Position numbers and translations under genes: made by a program. A stretch of DNA of 64,000 bases from Chrysomallon squamiferum. Taxonomy: Eukaryota; Animalia; Mollusca. The number at the start of each line of letters is the position of its first letter. The stretch's first letter is position 1. The stretch is from assembly GCA_012295275.1 (NCBI GenBank), contig CM022679.1:19406001-19470000 (forward strand), written 5' to 3'. Below are positions 14,158 to 27,700 of the stretch, one piece after another. The notes beneath the pieces are model-generated. The model made no database searches. It saw only the letters and a list, made by a program, of their open reading frames with translations, and was not told the origin of the DNA.

Positions 14158-15092
14158 TTAATATATTACTAAATATCACTAAATGGAAATCAAATTTTAT
14201 TACAGAATGACTCCTTTTTCTTTTTTTTTTAATTAATTTATTTATTTATTTATTTTTATTTTTATTTATTTTTTTTTTTTACTTGTTTTTATTACAGAAC
14301 TGGTATTTATTTACTTTTATTAGAAATTGCTAACATTATTTAACAACACAACTGAAGTCCAGACATTAACTGTTACATTGATACTTGTAATTTAGACAAA
14401 ATCTTAAGTGTGAACTTGTTCAAATTAAATAAATTATTGAAGACACTGAATAAGATGTTTTATTATTATTTTCTTTTCTTTATTTAAAAAATAATGTGGA
14501 ATTAAATTAAATCTAGGTTGACATAACTATGATTTGCACAAATGGCCTTCAAGGTTCAAGGTATTAAAAAAAAAAAGTAATACAAACAGTATTTATTTAC
14601 TTTTATTACAATGTGTCTTGTTATAGGTGAAAAAATGTTTAGCAAAGCTACTACAATTGTAAAAAAAAACCCAGCAGCAACAACAAAAATGTTTAATTAC
14701 AAATTATCTTATTTACTTTTTTATTTATTTATTTTATTTTTTTGTTTTTTAACTGTTGAGTCTTTCTTGCACAAATTCCAAAGAGAATATCTTGTGATGT
14801 TTTTATCTGCACTGAAAGTAAAATTCTTGGATGTAGAAATGATTATCTGCATCATGATACTGAACACCATTTTGACAGTATTCCACTTTCTCTTAACCTA
14901 CAGTTTTTTCTGGCTGCTGATTTCTCATGGACAGTTATGTAAATGTTAGTCAAAGGAAGCTTGTGATTTTTATAATAAAAAAAATGTCATTCCCATCGTG
15001 GCAGGTGGCAGCTGTTTATTGCTTTTAATAGGATCCACCGTGCCAAAAATAAACTAATTATTTGTTTGAATTATTTATTTGAATTAATTAAT

Positions 15093-15123
<31 letters not shown>

Positions 15124-15788
15124 TAAATCATGTTCTAAGTTGTGTACTTGGTGCAAAAATCTTTCATTTAAAAAAAAAAAAATATATATATAAAATCGAT
15201 TTTATTGTTTATAAAAATAACTACCAAAAATTAAATATCAAAAACTTTATTAACTAAAAATGGCTTATAAATTTAGTTCCAGTTAATCAAATCAACTTAA
15301 TAAATTTTCAAACAAAACTGGACAAAAAGGGAATGGTAAAAAAATAATAATAAATAAATAAATAATTGATCAGCTTGGATTTTTCAAAAGAAATAAAAAT
15401 TAAAATTAAGCAAAGTGAAATGATGACAGTAAATAAAGTTTAGCAAAAATAACCCTTAGTTTTACAAAAAAAAAATATTTCTTATTTATTTATTTATTTA
15501 TTTTTAATTTAGCTTGAGCATGCATGTGATAATTAATAAATAAATAATTTATTTATTAGTATTTTTATTTTTGTTTTCATTCGGAGTAGATTACTAGATT
15601 ATATAGATACGCCTACTGCCGGAGTACTGGTTACTGGTTAGTATACAATACATTTATGCTGGAATTGAAAAGGAAAAACAATAGCAAATACTTGATCACA
15701 CAGTTACTTCTACTGACAAGTTATTCCATTAACCAACTGATAACTCTTTGATGTAACAGTACTAAAAGTTCGCTGGCTTCACTTTAGC

Positions 15789-16428
15789 TTCTAGACATTC
15801 ACATACTGAAATAAAGGCAGCGAACAATGTCAGCCACACATGTCAAAACAATAATTATCCCGGAAGTAATAAAATGACGGGTTTTATCTGCGTGTAAATC
15901 GCTCCTTTTCGTGTTGCCCTTCATCAAATAAAAAAGTTTTTCCTCAAAGAAAAATTTTGTCAAATTGTTGTTGTTGTTGTTGTTTTGTTGTTGTTTTTTG
16001 GGAGGGGTTTTTTTTTTTTTTTTTTTAAAGAAAACTAGCTGCATTAAATTTTAATTTGTATTACAGAATATAAATTTGGTAAATTAAATTACTAAGTTTT
16101 TTTAGTTATTTTACAAAATCTAAAAAATGTAAGAAATAAAAAATAAAAATGCATATGAAATATATATGTTACTCATTAACACAGGAAAGCAACGCCCTAT
16201 GTAATCATAAGCTCATACTTTCTAAAAGTGAATAATATTTATACATTCCCCTTATTTGTACTAAAAGGAATACATGTAGAGCATTTTTAAGTGTTGTCCG
16301 AGATCCCATTAATCAAGAGCACATAACTCCGTTGTCGAGGTTCTCACGTTTTCATTTAGAATTAGTTCCGAAGTGATAAAATGATCTTTTAATTTGTAAA
16401 GGTGTTTTAAGAAAGTAAGAAAGTCAAA
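15789..16428. promoter_or_regulatory. Putative bidirectional promoter region for CHCHD1 (+) and a distal METTL14 leader (-)
   Basis: ETS/GABP motif CCGGAAGT at 15860-15867, CpG enrichment, copy of METTL14 leader end at 15789-15835, ~570 bp upstream of the CHCHD1 ATG. Confidence 0.5.
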
Positions 16429-19400
16429 ATGACCAAGATTTCTAGTGTTTTAAATGCTTATAAACCGTTGAAAAAATTCAATAATTACAAACCTAATCCT
16501 TATACGTACAAAATTATTTATCCTCCAGTTCTGAAAGACTCAGTTTCCAACAGGAAAGTGAGAGAAAGATGTAAGTAATAACAAACAGTCTAACACTAAC
16601 TTATTTTCATGCAGTAAAAAGTATATTTTCTTTTCTACAGCAGTATGTTGTTGTTGTTTATTAAACCCTGGCAAAACTCGTACTACCTGTGTTCATGAAA
16701 TAATCAGTTCCTTGCACCTGTTTACAAAAGTAAATTCATAAAAATGAGTAAAATAGGGGTTATGATCGTTATGAAACAATAAAATGAACAATAATAAATA
16801 ATAAAGTAATAATAACAATAAATAATAATAATTTTACCTGCTAGTGTGATTGCAATAAAATTGTATATTATGCATAACCAATGAGTTTATTGTAATGAAA
16901 ATTTTATTACTATTTCCCCCCCCCATGTTATTTGGATATTTAATATTAATTTTTTAACACATTTAATTTTTGCCTTTTATACAGAATATAATCCTATTTT
17001 AACACCTTCATGGACTGTATGCAATATGATTGTGCTGAATGTACTCACATGATTTTGAAAATTCCCATCTTTCACTAAATATAGTAAATGTTACATAATA
17101 TAAATAAACCCATTTTTCACTGCAAAATTCATATCTCTCAGCGGTAACCATAAGTTCATGGGGTATGAAGGATACCATAATGAGTAACCAAAGTTTATTA
17201 TGTTGTATGAATGCAGAATTAAGGATACAGAAGTTTTAAAGCTAAATAAAAAGTAAACATGGTAGGTGGAAACATCAAAGAATTAGCCTGAATTAGTCTC
17301 TGATGTTTGGTGTTAGTGAGTAGTGTTCCTAATTGGTTGTTATAAGTGAGACTGTGTGGCCTCTTTAATTTTACATTTATTGGGCATTAATTCTTCAAAA
17401 CAAACAACAATCAAATTTTAAACTTCTTGTCTCTGATGTTTTGGCCTTTTGGATTTAACATGAATAAATACATACTGTATAAACTCAATGGGGATTCAAG
17501 GGAATCTATGACCAACTTAAGACAAGATAGCTGCAATTCCTAGCAACCTCTCAGTCTGAGACAGTGTTAATTGTGACTGGGACGATATGACTGGTAACTA
17601 CAATCTTGGATCACTCAAAAACAATGTCCTTTTCAGTTGTAAAGTAGTGACTAGCTGTATATCAAAAGTCAGATGATACTGTTTTGTAATTGGTTCAAAA
17701 TGTAATTTGATTGGTATCAGATATGAACTGTTCAAAACAAAAACAAAGACATTCTTGTATGAAAAATTTTATGAAATTATTGGTCTCTTTTTTGTATTTA
17801 TATTTCCTCTTCAACAGCTTTATATAAATGAAGTTCTCTTCAAAAGTGATTGATATTGTATCACTAGTAATGCATTGTTGCCATGAAAAAAACTATACAA
17901 ATTTGTTTTTGCTGAGATATCATTAATCCACTTTTCATTCTTGGAATGTTTACTTGGTGTTATATTATTCTTTTAGCTGCAGTATGTGGACAAGAGATGA
18001 TGGTATTACTGTCATGCTGGAGGAAAAATGATTTCATTGAATCAAAATGCAGTAAAGAAATAATGGATTTTAACAGCTGTGTTGCAACAGCTAGTGTAAG
18101 TATATATTTATATATTAGTACTACTCTTTTTGTGTTATTCATCTCAACCTTACCGTATTTTGTTTGCTGAATAAATTTTATGTATTAACACATTACTTTT
18201 TCCTCGTATAGTAAATAACTGATATATACTGGAAACTGTAAATATTAAAATAATTAATGGTAATAAATGATACATAACTTGAAGATTTAGAGTTGCATAA
18301 AAGTTTTGTTTAGAAAGAGAATAAGTCTTAAAATTGAAAACCAGTTTTCAGTTAAGAAAACAAATCAAAAATAGATTTTATACTCCGAAAAGCTTTTCAG
18401 ACTGAGTCATCAGTGATAATACAGACTTTAAATACTGTTGATACACTGTGACCCATCCCAGTTGATTGTCCCCAAAATGCTTAAGCATTAGTTGTCTGTA
18501 TTTACATATACATACATATATCTCCTTTTACTAGCCCAATACAGCAGTCAAAGCTTTTCAGAAGCATAGTAAAAGTATCCAATAAATTGCCATCAGTCAT
18601 CAAATCTATGTAAATCATTAAGCAAAGCTTGTTTTGTTTTTTCATGAATAAAAATTGTATTACTCTGTGTTGTTATTTTAAAAATTTCAGAAGCAATCAG
18701 TGAGGCATGGCACTATCTAAAATACTTCTTAGCTGATACCTTTGTTATTATCAAGATGTTGCAGTTAGTGTTAGTACTTTTACACTGTCAAATGTTTATA
18801 TTAGTATCAATAATATGAGACATATGCCTGTTTTTTAACAGTGAAGGGCTGTTCAAGAAATATGCCTTAATACTAAAGTAAATTTTTTATTCCTTATACA
18901 TTTTATTATTATTTTTTTAATTGACTTCCCCATGTGTATTTCATTAACTTTATAAATAAAAATTTTACATAACCCTTTAAAGAAATACTTCCATCCCTTC
19001 TCATTTCTTATCATTTATATCAACTGGAAAAAAAATGTGAACTTGTATTGATTTCCTGAAATCAGTTACTTCAACACAACCATAGTTACACAAATCATAA
19101 AAACAAAATTGAAGGTGGAGGTGGATCTAACTCGGCACATTTTTAGTAATTCTGTAATACATCTGAACAAGCCATGGTATGTCTTTAGGCCACTTTTGAG
19201 GTTTAGTGTAGCAAGTCATAATCCCAGAAAACACATTATAATGTCAGAATCACTTGAGCATCAAGGTCAGCATTATACAAAGGATTAATATTATATATAT
19301 ATATATTTTTTAAAGTGTTAAAAAGAATATATAAAGTTTATATTTACCTAGACATGAATAAGATATCGTATATAATCACTATGTTCCTGAGGTGAGAAAG

Positions 19401-19592
19401 TCTGGTTTTTATAATGACAAATGATAATAACGTATAATAAAAAATCATATAACGACAAGTTATATTTGCATACTCAGGTCTAAACCTATTTCTACAATTT
19501 AAGTAATGTCATTATATAGGAATATAATGAAACAGTTAATTTTCCTACATTTCCTGATTGTATCTGTTAATGCCATGATTTCTAGTAATCTT

Positions 19593-19650
<58 letters not shown>

Positions 19651-21431
19651 CATTCTCAGTAACAGTATTATTTGCTGAAACATCTGAAAAATATCGTTGT
19701 TCCTACTCCTTTATAAAACCAATTTTATATGTTTCTGATTCTTTATGTCTGAGGCTCTTGATAATATTTACATTTCTTTTCTTTTTTTTATTTCATTTGT
19801 TCATTACTGCATGGTTTAATGTCCTTATGTATATATATACTTACACTCTCAGCACTTTAGGGTGATTTGTAGATAAACTGAGATTAATTAAAGACACACC
19901 TATATCATATTTCAGACAAACATTGATTTACTAAGAAAACTACAAATGAACAAATTTAGCAATAATATGTGAGTACACAGACATATATTTTGAAAGAAAA
20001 AGAAAATATTTATCAAAAAGGTCATTGCAAACTTGTTAGATGTATAACAAAATTAAATTCAGTGGAAGCATGTAGTCAAAAATAATATATTTAATAAGTG
20101 TAACAGAATTTGCTGTTAAATGACAAAATATTGCTTTCAGTGTCACTTATAATTTTTAGAATTTTTTTTTTGTTTAACCTTAGAAGCATTGCACAGTTAT
20201 GCTATGAAATTCATATCACTTGCCATTTATAAAAAATTGTTTTGGTTCATTGACATTCATCACTGTATAAATCACAGATTATCATTTTGTGAAATTTTTT
20301 ATTTAATTTTTTCATAATGCAATCTAGAGTAACCTGTCATGAAAACTTATTTTTAAATGACAGCTGTTTCCCACACATATTACAACAGTCTGATTAGTAA
20401 ATAGTTTTTCTTCTTTCAACCATTAATAAACATTTTTTATATTTCAAAACCTTTACTGAATTACTGCAAATTGCATTCTTTCATGGAATACAAACAAATT
20501 TCTTTGCTTATACTTGTGATATTTTTAACTGTATTATATTTAATTGTATTCCTCTGCAAAATTAGTTTGGTTGTTTTTCTATTTTATTTTTTAACAGACT
20601 GAAAACCTCAACTAACATAATACAATACATGTCTATCAGAATCATTAAATAAATACTTCTGTACAGACTACTTTAGCTTTCATTGATATATGCAGTCACC
20701 TGATAGTTGTATTATATATTTTATTTTTCTAGTGTGTCACATTGTAAGATATGATGTTTATACCTATGTGCATATGGAAATTAATTTTCACAATATCAAA
20801 TATCTGTTTACTATATTGGTTTAAAAACAGAATAACCCAGGTGTATGTTTAAGACTTGAAAAGGCTAACATTTAGTTGGCACCTGTGTACAGGTAATGGC
20901 TCACCTGTGTAAACAGATACACTTTCATCTTAAAGAACAGTAAACCAAGACATTTCTGTTAAGCCCAAGAATTGTTACTTATATCCTCAGAAATTATTTT
21001 GAAATTATTATTGATTAAAAATAACATTAAGTCAAGACTTTAAAATATTGTATATAATTTAATACCTTTAAATACAAATAAATTAAAAGTTTAATTTCAT
21101 TAATTGCATCAGCATTTACTTTTAGGATAACAGAGCCATATAGATGAATAACTTGAATTTTGCAAAATGATGATAATAATACTTGATTAAAATGACAGCA
21201 ATTATGAAGTTATTCACTTGCATAACACACATTTCAAATGAAAGAATCAAAATAACTGTTGGTAAATTCATTCAGATTTTATGCTACTTATTTATTATTG
21301 TTATTATTAACTAATTAAGGCAAAGAAAACAGAAGCAAACAGTGAAAACAAGAAATTTGACATCAACGGAAGTAAATGAACTTTTAAGGCGTCACCCGCA
21401 ACCTCCAACAACAATTAAACTTTTTAAATGA
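16429..21431 (+). CDS. CHCHD1: CHCHD1 (mitoribosomal mS37, twin CX9C protein); exons 16429-16570, 17977-18095, probable 19916-19968, 21320-21431
   Basis: MTKISSVLNAYKPLKKF...PPVLKDSVSNRKVRERSAVCGQEMMVLLSCWRKNDFIESKCSKEIMDFNSCV: CX9C-X10-CX9C matching human [32 protein letters not shown]; C-terminal LTSTEVNELLRRHP matches LNKLLQRFP. Exon 3 is inferred to restore the frame. Confidence 0.85.
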
Positions 21432-22778
21432 AGGTAATTATTTTTACTCTTTTCTTTTTCCTTTTTTCAAAAACTATAATTATTTAGATAATTTATTATT
21501 TTCTGAGTGCATTTATTTTCACTGTTGTTACTTTTTATATATATAAATGTTTTTAGTGAAGTTAAAATGTTTTTTAAAATTTTGGAAACTGTCTTTATTT
21601 ATCATCATTAATATTGTTATTTATTTGTTAAAATTTTATTTATTAAATGTCTGTAATTGCACCATTTGTATAAATAAATACTTGCCCACCTGCTTTAATG
21701 AAAACCTGAATGTTTATTGTTGGTCTACAGACTTTGTTAGTTGAAATGAAGCTTCCAGTAAGTTAACAGGAAGATTAATTGTCTGAACAGCCTGAGTGTC
21801 ATAAACGTCTGTTTCTAACCATTGCTAAACAGAAGATCATTTGTCAATGTGTAGTTTTGTAATTATTTTCCTGCCTTGCAGACATTTCACAAACAGTGCC
21901 TGTATAGTTAAGAAAATCACTGTTTCTAAATTTGTCTTGTAATTAACAAAGGAAAAGTGAAATTACTTGATTTGTATTTTTATTGCTCTTACTTCTTTTT
22001 GTTTTCCAGTCACTTTTTAGTGTGTTAACAGTTAAAGTGAACTTTCTGAATCTTGTATGATTTTGTAAAGTTAGTTTTAAGTGTACTAAATATATTATAA
22101 ATGTTGATTTTAATGTAGAGGACATACAAAGGTAAATACAACATTATTTTGTGTGATTCCATCTCTTCTTTTGTGTTGGGGAGAAAGTTTTCTCAAAACC
22201 TCTAAAAAGCACAAAATTAACTCTTTAAGGATATCACTGCTTTTTAAAAAAAAACAAGATGGAAGAGCTAAGAAATTTTCTGATAAAGATATATTGAAAA
22301 ACAATACTGTTAATAATTATGTCCTGTTTGTTGGTGTTATCCAACCTAAATAAGGCTTGAATTCTAACTGAAGTAGCACACATTTTTAGACAAAGAGAGA
22401 GAGAGAAAAACAAAAAAATGGTACAGAAACAAGCAACATTACCTATGTCATCAAAATCCATACAAGTTTCTTTCTTGTTTTTGAACTAGTTAGAAATGCA
22501 TGTATTCAGTAAAAACTATTCTTTTAAATGAGTCAGAGTCTGACTGTTTCCCACTCCAGACTCTTTATGTAGGACATAAAAGAAAATACTGTTTTACCTG
22601 TTTCTTGGACTGGAGACAAAAAGAAAAAAGAAAAATTAAAAAGATGGATGAAATGTCTGACAGTGACAGATGTGAAATAGTCTAAGTAGACTGAGTTTAA
22701 TTAACTCAGTGAATTGGTGCATTCTAATACCAGTGTTTGTTCCAGGAATCACAGACAATCCTCTAATTTGGTAAAACC

Positions 22779-22819
<41 letters not shown>

Positions 22820-22923
22820 AATCAGCAACAGAGTTCTGTTTAGTGTGAGAATTTGTTGATGAGAAAGGAGCACAAATGTAAAAGTTAATAAAATATTAAA
22901 TAATTTTCAAGGTAGACAGAAAT

Positions 22924-22955
<32 letters not shown>

Positions 22956-24957
22956 TGTTTAGTTATTATTTAGTTATTATTTTTAACCATATTCTGTTTG
23001 TACAAAATCAAAATGTTATACTAATTCTGGAATGAATTGTGAAGTTTAATAAGCACTATTGGTCTATATTTAACAAAAAGATTTAAAAATCCAAAATGTC
23101 TTTAAAATAATTTAATTTTCTTAATCAAATCATTTATGTATTGTAACAATAAAATGATGCTTTGAAATATTTGTGGCCTTTTTCTTTTCTTTTGTTTTTT
23201 CCCCAAGTAAATATATATATATATATATATCTATATCTCTCTCTCTCTCTTTGTATTATTTTCCCAGTAATGTTTCAAAAGTATAATATACTATGATTTA
23301 AAATATTTGACCTATTGCTCAGCATTTTATATTACTATATTTGCCAACAGAAGCATGCGTAATACAAAAATATTTAGTTTTCAAATCATATTTATTTTTT
23401 TATGTATTGTTTAAAAGTGGTTAAGCATGTATCCATTGTGTATTACTATTCACTTTAAAATAATTTTGATCTTCCGAACCGTGAATTTCATACTGTAAAT
23501 CTTATCATGAGATTGGATTTCATGCTTAGTTAGTTTTCATCTTGATAAGTGCTCCATTGTAAAGAGCAAAATGAAGTTTGTAAACTGGTAAGACTTTAAA
23601 CCTGACCTTGTTTTACAGTTCAGAATCATAATTGCTTTTTGATATCCAGTGTCAGAATGCACGTTTTTTCATGCTGTGCAGACAAGTTATTCTTTTGTAA
23701 TCATACATTAGCAGCAAACATTGAATGAAAAGTAACCCCTTTGTATTTCTTCTTGTCCAGTGTGCAGGTGTTTGTCCTTAAGGCTACCAGGAATCCATCA
23801 TTACTGGTTACTCAATCAGAGGAGAGATTTTCTTACACAACATAGAATTATGTTTTTCATTTCTCTCTTAAAGCAACACCTGTGTATTTGTCATTAAGAG
23901 TACCATTTAATAATAATAAGTAATTCTAAAGAGATGACACATCAGAAATGAATTCTTTAAAAAAGATTTTAAAAAACTGTGGAAAAAGAAATTAATTTCA
24001 CACGTATAGAATGTCATAAAATTGCTAACATTTCACTAACATTTTTTTCTTGTTTTTGTACATCATTGATTTCATTATTGAAAAATTACTGAATTCAGAT
24101 GGTTTAATAAATATATTTTTATCTATTTTATATATATATCTCATTATACTTCCTTATGATGATAGCTTTTGGCTATAATTTTGGTCATTGACTGAACATA
24201 TAGAAATTGATCTAGTCATTTTTCTTGCCACTTATTCATGGTGATTGCAGTGTGTATGTATATCTGTGTATAGGTAGCAGACCATTAAGCCAGCTTACCA
24301 GGAAAGTGACTAGTTTTAAAACAGTTTAGAATTTTCATCTGCCATTTCATTTAATTTTATAGCATATGACAGCTACTCGGTGCCCTTGCTCCTCTCTGTT
24401 TCAGTTCATTGTAATTTTCATTTCTTAACATATCTTAAAGGCCAGTAGAAAATGGGAAACTGAAAGTGAAATATTTTGTGCTCAATATATCTAGACAAGT
24501 ATCATTACTTATGAATATGAGACATGAACACCAGAAAATCCAGAAAACTAGGTTGCTACTAACCCCAGCCTTGTCACATAAAATGGTCTGGTACCTCTAT
24601 TATTAATTTATTCTTGGAATAATCTGAAATCATTAATGTATGTAATGTTTTAATAAACAGAAAATGAAAACAGAATTATTTTTTAAATACAACAGAATGT
24701 ATCACTTGCCTTGATTTAAAAGACAGCACTTTGCGTTTTTATTTTTATGACTGCAGAATAGATACAAGAAACTTTTCAGTATTTTACCATATTTACTTGT
24801 GTATTAGTATGAAAACACTGGATTCAGTAAATGAACTAAACAATAATTATCCCACCTTCTAAAAAAAGTATGTTTTCTACAAGATGTTTACACTTGATAA
24901 TTTATATACACATTCAGTACTTCATATATATATTTATTTTATGATTTTTTTCTACAG

Positions 24958-25110
24958 GTTCAACAATAGCTATGGTTTTTCACATGACATGCAGTTAGGA
25001 GTGGCTGGAGGACTCTTGAGTTGAAATTGTTTGCCTGCCACACTCAAGTGTAGACAGTTTTCACATAATCCACTTACATTATTTTATTAATAAAATGTAC
25101 TTACACACAG
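24958..25110 (+). other. Putative non-coding terminal exon (3'UTR) of CHCHD1
   Basis: Strong acceptor TTTTTTTCTACAG ending 24957 and AATAAA at 25089-25094; unused donor AG/GTAATT at 21434, 2 nt after the CHCHD1 stop. Confidence 0.4.
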
Positions 25111-27471
25111 ATGTTTGTTATTAATCATTGGTACACATGTTAATGTCAGATGTAGCCAATACAGTCATTCCATTTTCTTTGTTTAGTCATCTCTTCCATA
25201 TACACTGAGAGGAGAGAAACAGTCAGTTATTTACAAAAAATAACATGCCAATAACATGTTAATAAAATTTTAGATCTATACATTTGAATTTTTTTCAGTA
25301 TATATTTACATGTTAAATTTATTATTTATAATGGTGTTAGAAGACTAATATATAGTTAGCAAATAAAATTTAAATCAAATGTATATTATTTACTGAATGC
25401 CAGCTTTACTCTAAAAAAGTGTTTGTGAAAAGAAAACAGATGGTTAAAAAATACAGTTATAATGCTAAATCGTCCTTCTGCAATATGTACAAAGTACCTT
25501 TATAATACTAAATAATAATACTTATATATAAATATAGCTTATAGCAATTTTTGTCACAAGGTGCGTTGATGGAATTTGCCCATCAGCCCATTTTTTGTTG
25601 CTCTGGTAATGTTATCCCTGAACAACTGTCACAGTTTTTCTATGATTGTATTATTTGAGTGACTTTAACATTTATATTGAATTTTTGTTGGATGTTCAGA
25701 CTCATCTAGCAAGCAATACAGACCTCTTATATACACACATAGATAGACACACATACATACATATTACGTGTGTGTGAGTGTGTCTGTATATGTATGTATG
25801 CATATATAGTTTGAGATAACTTTTATTTACAAGGGTGTATGTTGGTTGTTTTCTTTTTGTTTTTTACTTTAAAAAAAAAAAAAAAAAAAATCAATAAATA
25901 TTTATGAAAATGTTCATTACCTAATGTCAGAAATGTGGAAAATAATATAAAGTATTTACATGGCCAACATGGAAAATAGATCTTTTCAAGCATGAAATAA
26001 TATCGTAATTTAGCTGCAAAATAAAATTAAGAAAAATTCATAAAGACAAAAAGACTACAGATTACTGAAAATGCAGCACAGTCTGTTCGTTAAGTGTCAT
26101 TTTTGAGTTCGACACCCAATTGCCGCTAATTAAAAAGCGTATGATGTGTGCTAAATAAACAGATCAATTATCTCTCCTTTGTTCTTTTTAATTTGTTCTA
26201 TGCAATGGGACAGGTGTTAAAAAAACAGTGAAAAGTGTTATTTGTGTGTGCAGCTTGTGGGATCAGTTGCTGAACATTTAAGGTGAAGTCACAGGACGCA
26301 ACCAAGCAATCTTAGAGAAAACTTGAAGATTTACTTGTAATTTATAATACATCTGCTCACATATGAGCCTAATACAGCTACGGACATAAAAATCGCATTG
26401 GTGGAAATGTCTGAAACAACGTTCCATAAAATATGTACAGTATCCTAGATTGTTATTTTGGATTACTGTAATAAGCATTTTAACCTTTCCCAAATCCATA
26501 TCGAAATTTAGACATCAATTTTTATTCGAAAAATCTTACGGCACAGAACTGAATTTTTTCTTATGATACAGTTGTCAAACTAGTGATAATTACCTCTTGT
26601 AGAACTTCAAGAATGAGATGGCCTGTTTGAATGTCCCTACCTTTCCTAATAATATACTGTTGATGGCAAATAATCTCTTCATTTTAATGAATTAATCTTT
26701 TTATCAACATACACACACACACATACACATATATATATATATGTATATTGTTTTTTTTTTTTGTTGTTGTTTTTTTTTTTAGCCAGAGGTTCTAGCTGCA
26801 CAACAGCCAGAAATTACTCAACCCAAAACGTACAGCTGTTAAGGATTTCAGAATTTAGATTGGTCAATTTCTACTTCCTTTATGATAAATATTCATTTAC
26901 TAGTCAGTCTCACAGTGGTTCAGCAAAGACAGGTAGCCATTTAGTGACCTACACTGCAACATACACACGAACCAGTCAAACAGGACTTAAAAATAAACTA
27001 AGCAACGGGATTCGCATTGCCAGGAAAATATTTTGAAGAGAAAAGTGGAAGAATTAGGACGGCAAGAATTTATTCCCAATTACAAGGTGTTGCTGAAACA
27101 TTGCATGAAATTTTAGTTATTGTGTTAACTCCGCTAAAAGAACAATACTTTTGCAGTGACGTCTGTTTTAAAAAATATAAATAAATAACAATAATAATTA
27201 AATAATCAAAAAATATATAAATAACAATAATAATAAAAAATTTAAAAATATATAAATAAAAATAATAATAAAATAAAATTATTACAATTCAACACTTAAT
27301 TATAAAATGACAAATCAAACTAGGCATATTATTGTCACTTAATTACTGAACAAATTATTGCTGAATTACTTATCTTTCACCAAAAGGGACAAAACATAGA
27401 ATATACTCATCTCTGCTATGTTCTGTTGATTAACACTTTAAATATATTTTTAAAATTTAAAATAGATTTGA

Positions 27472-27512
27472 TGATAACTGACATTTTTAATAGTAAGTTT
27501 TTAAAGCGGCAT

Positions 27513-27562
<50 letters not shown>

Positions 27563-27700
27563 AGAATTTTTACAGTTGCAATGAAACACTCTTATATGTT
27601 TTGATAACTGACATTTTTAATAGTAAGTTTTTAAAGTGGCATTAATCTCTCTCTCTCTGTAAAGAGAATTTTTACAGCTGCAAACAAGCACTCTTACATG
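27472..27700. repeat. Tandem duplication (~130-bp period) containing a (TC)n tract of different length in each copy
   Basis: TGATAACTGACATTTTTAATAGTAAGTTTTTAAAGYGGCATTAATCTCTC...AAGAGAATTTTTACAG at 27472 and 27602. Confidence 0.9.

Noticed and set aside
18691-18720. Alternative CHCHD1 exon 3 (TTTCAG/AAGCAATCAGTGAGG), similar to 21330-21345
   Set aside because: Stops after 9 codons and lacks the conserved C-terminus; the 16-nt similarity may be chance.
24958-25050. TGA readthrough/selenocysteine extension of CHCHD1 with a small hairpin (CTTGAGT...ACTCAAG)
   Set aside because: No SECIS core visible, only a 7-bp stem, and CHCHD1 is not a known selenoprotein.
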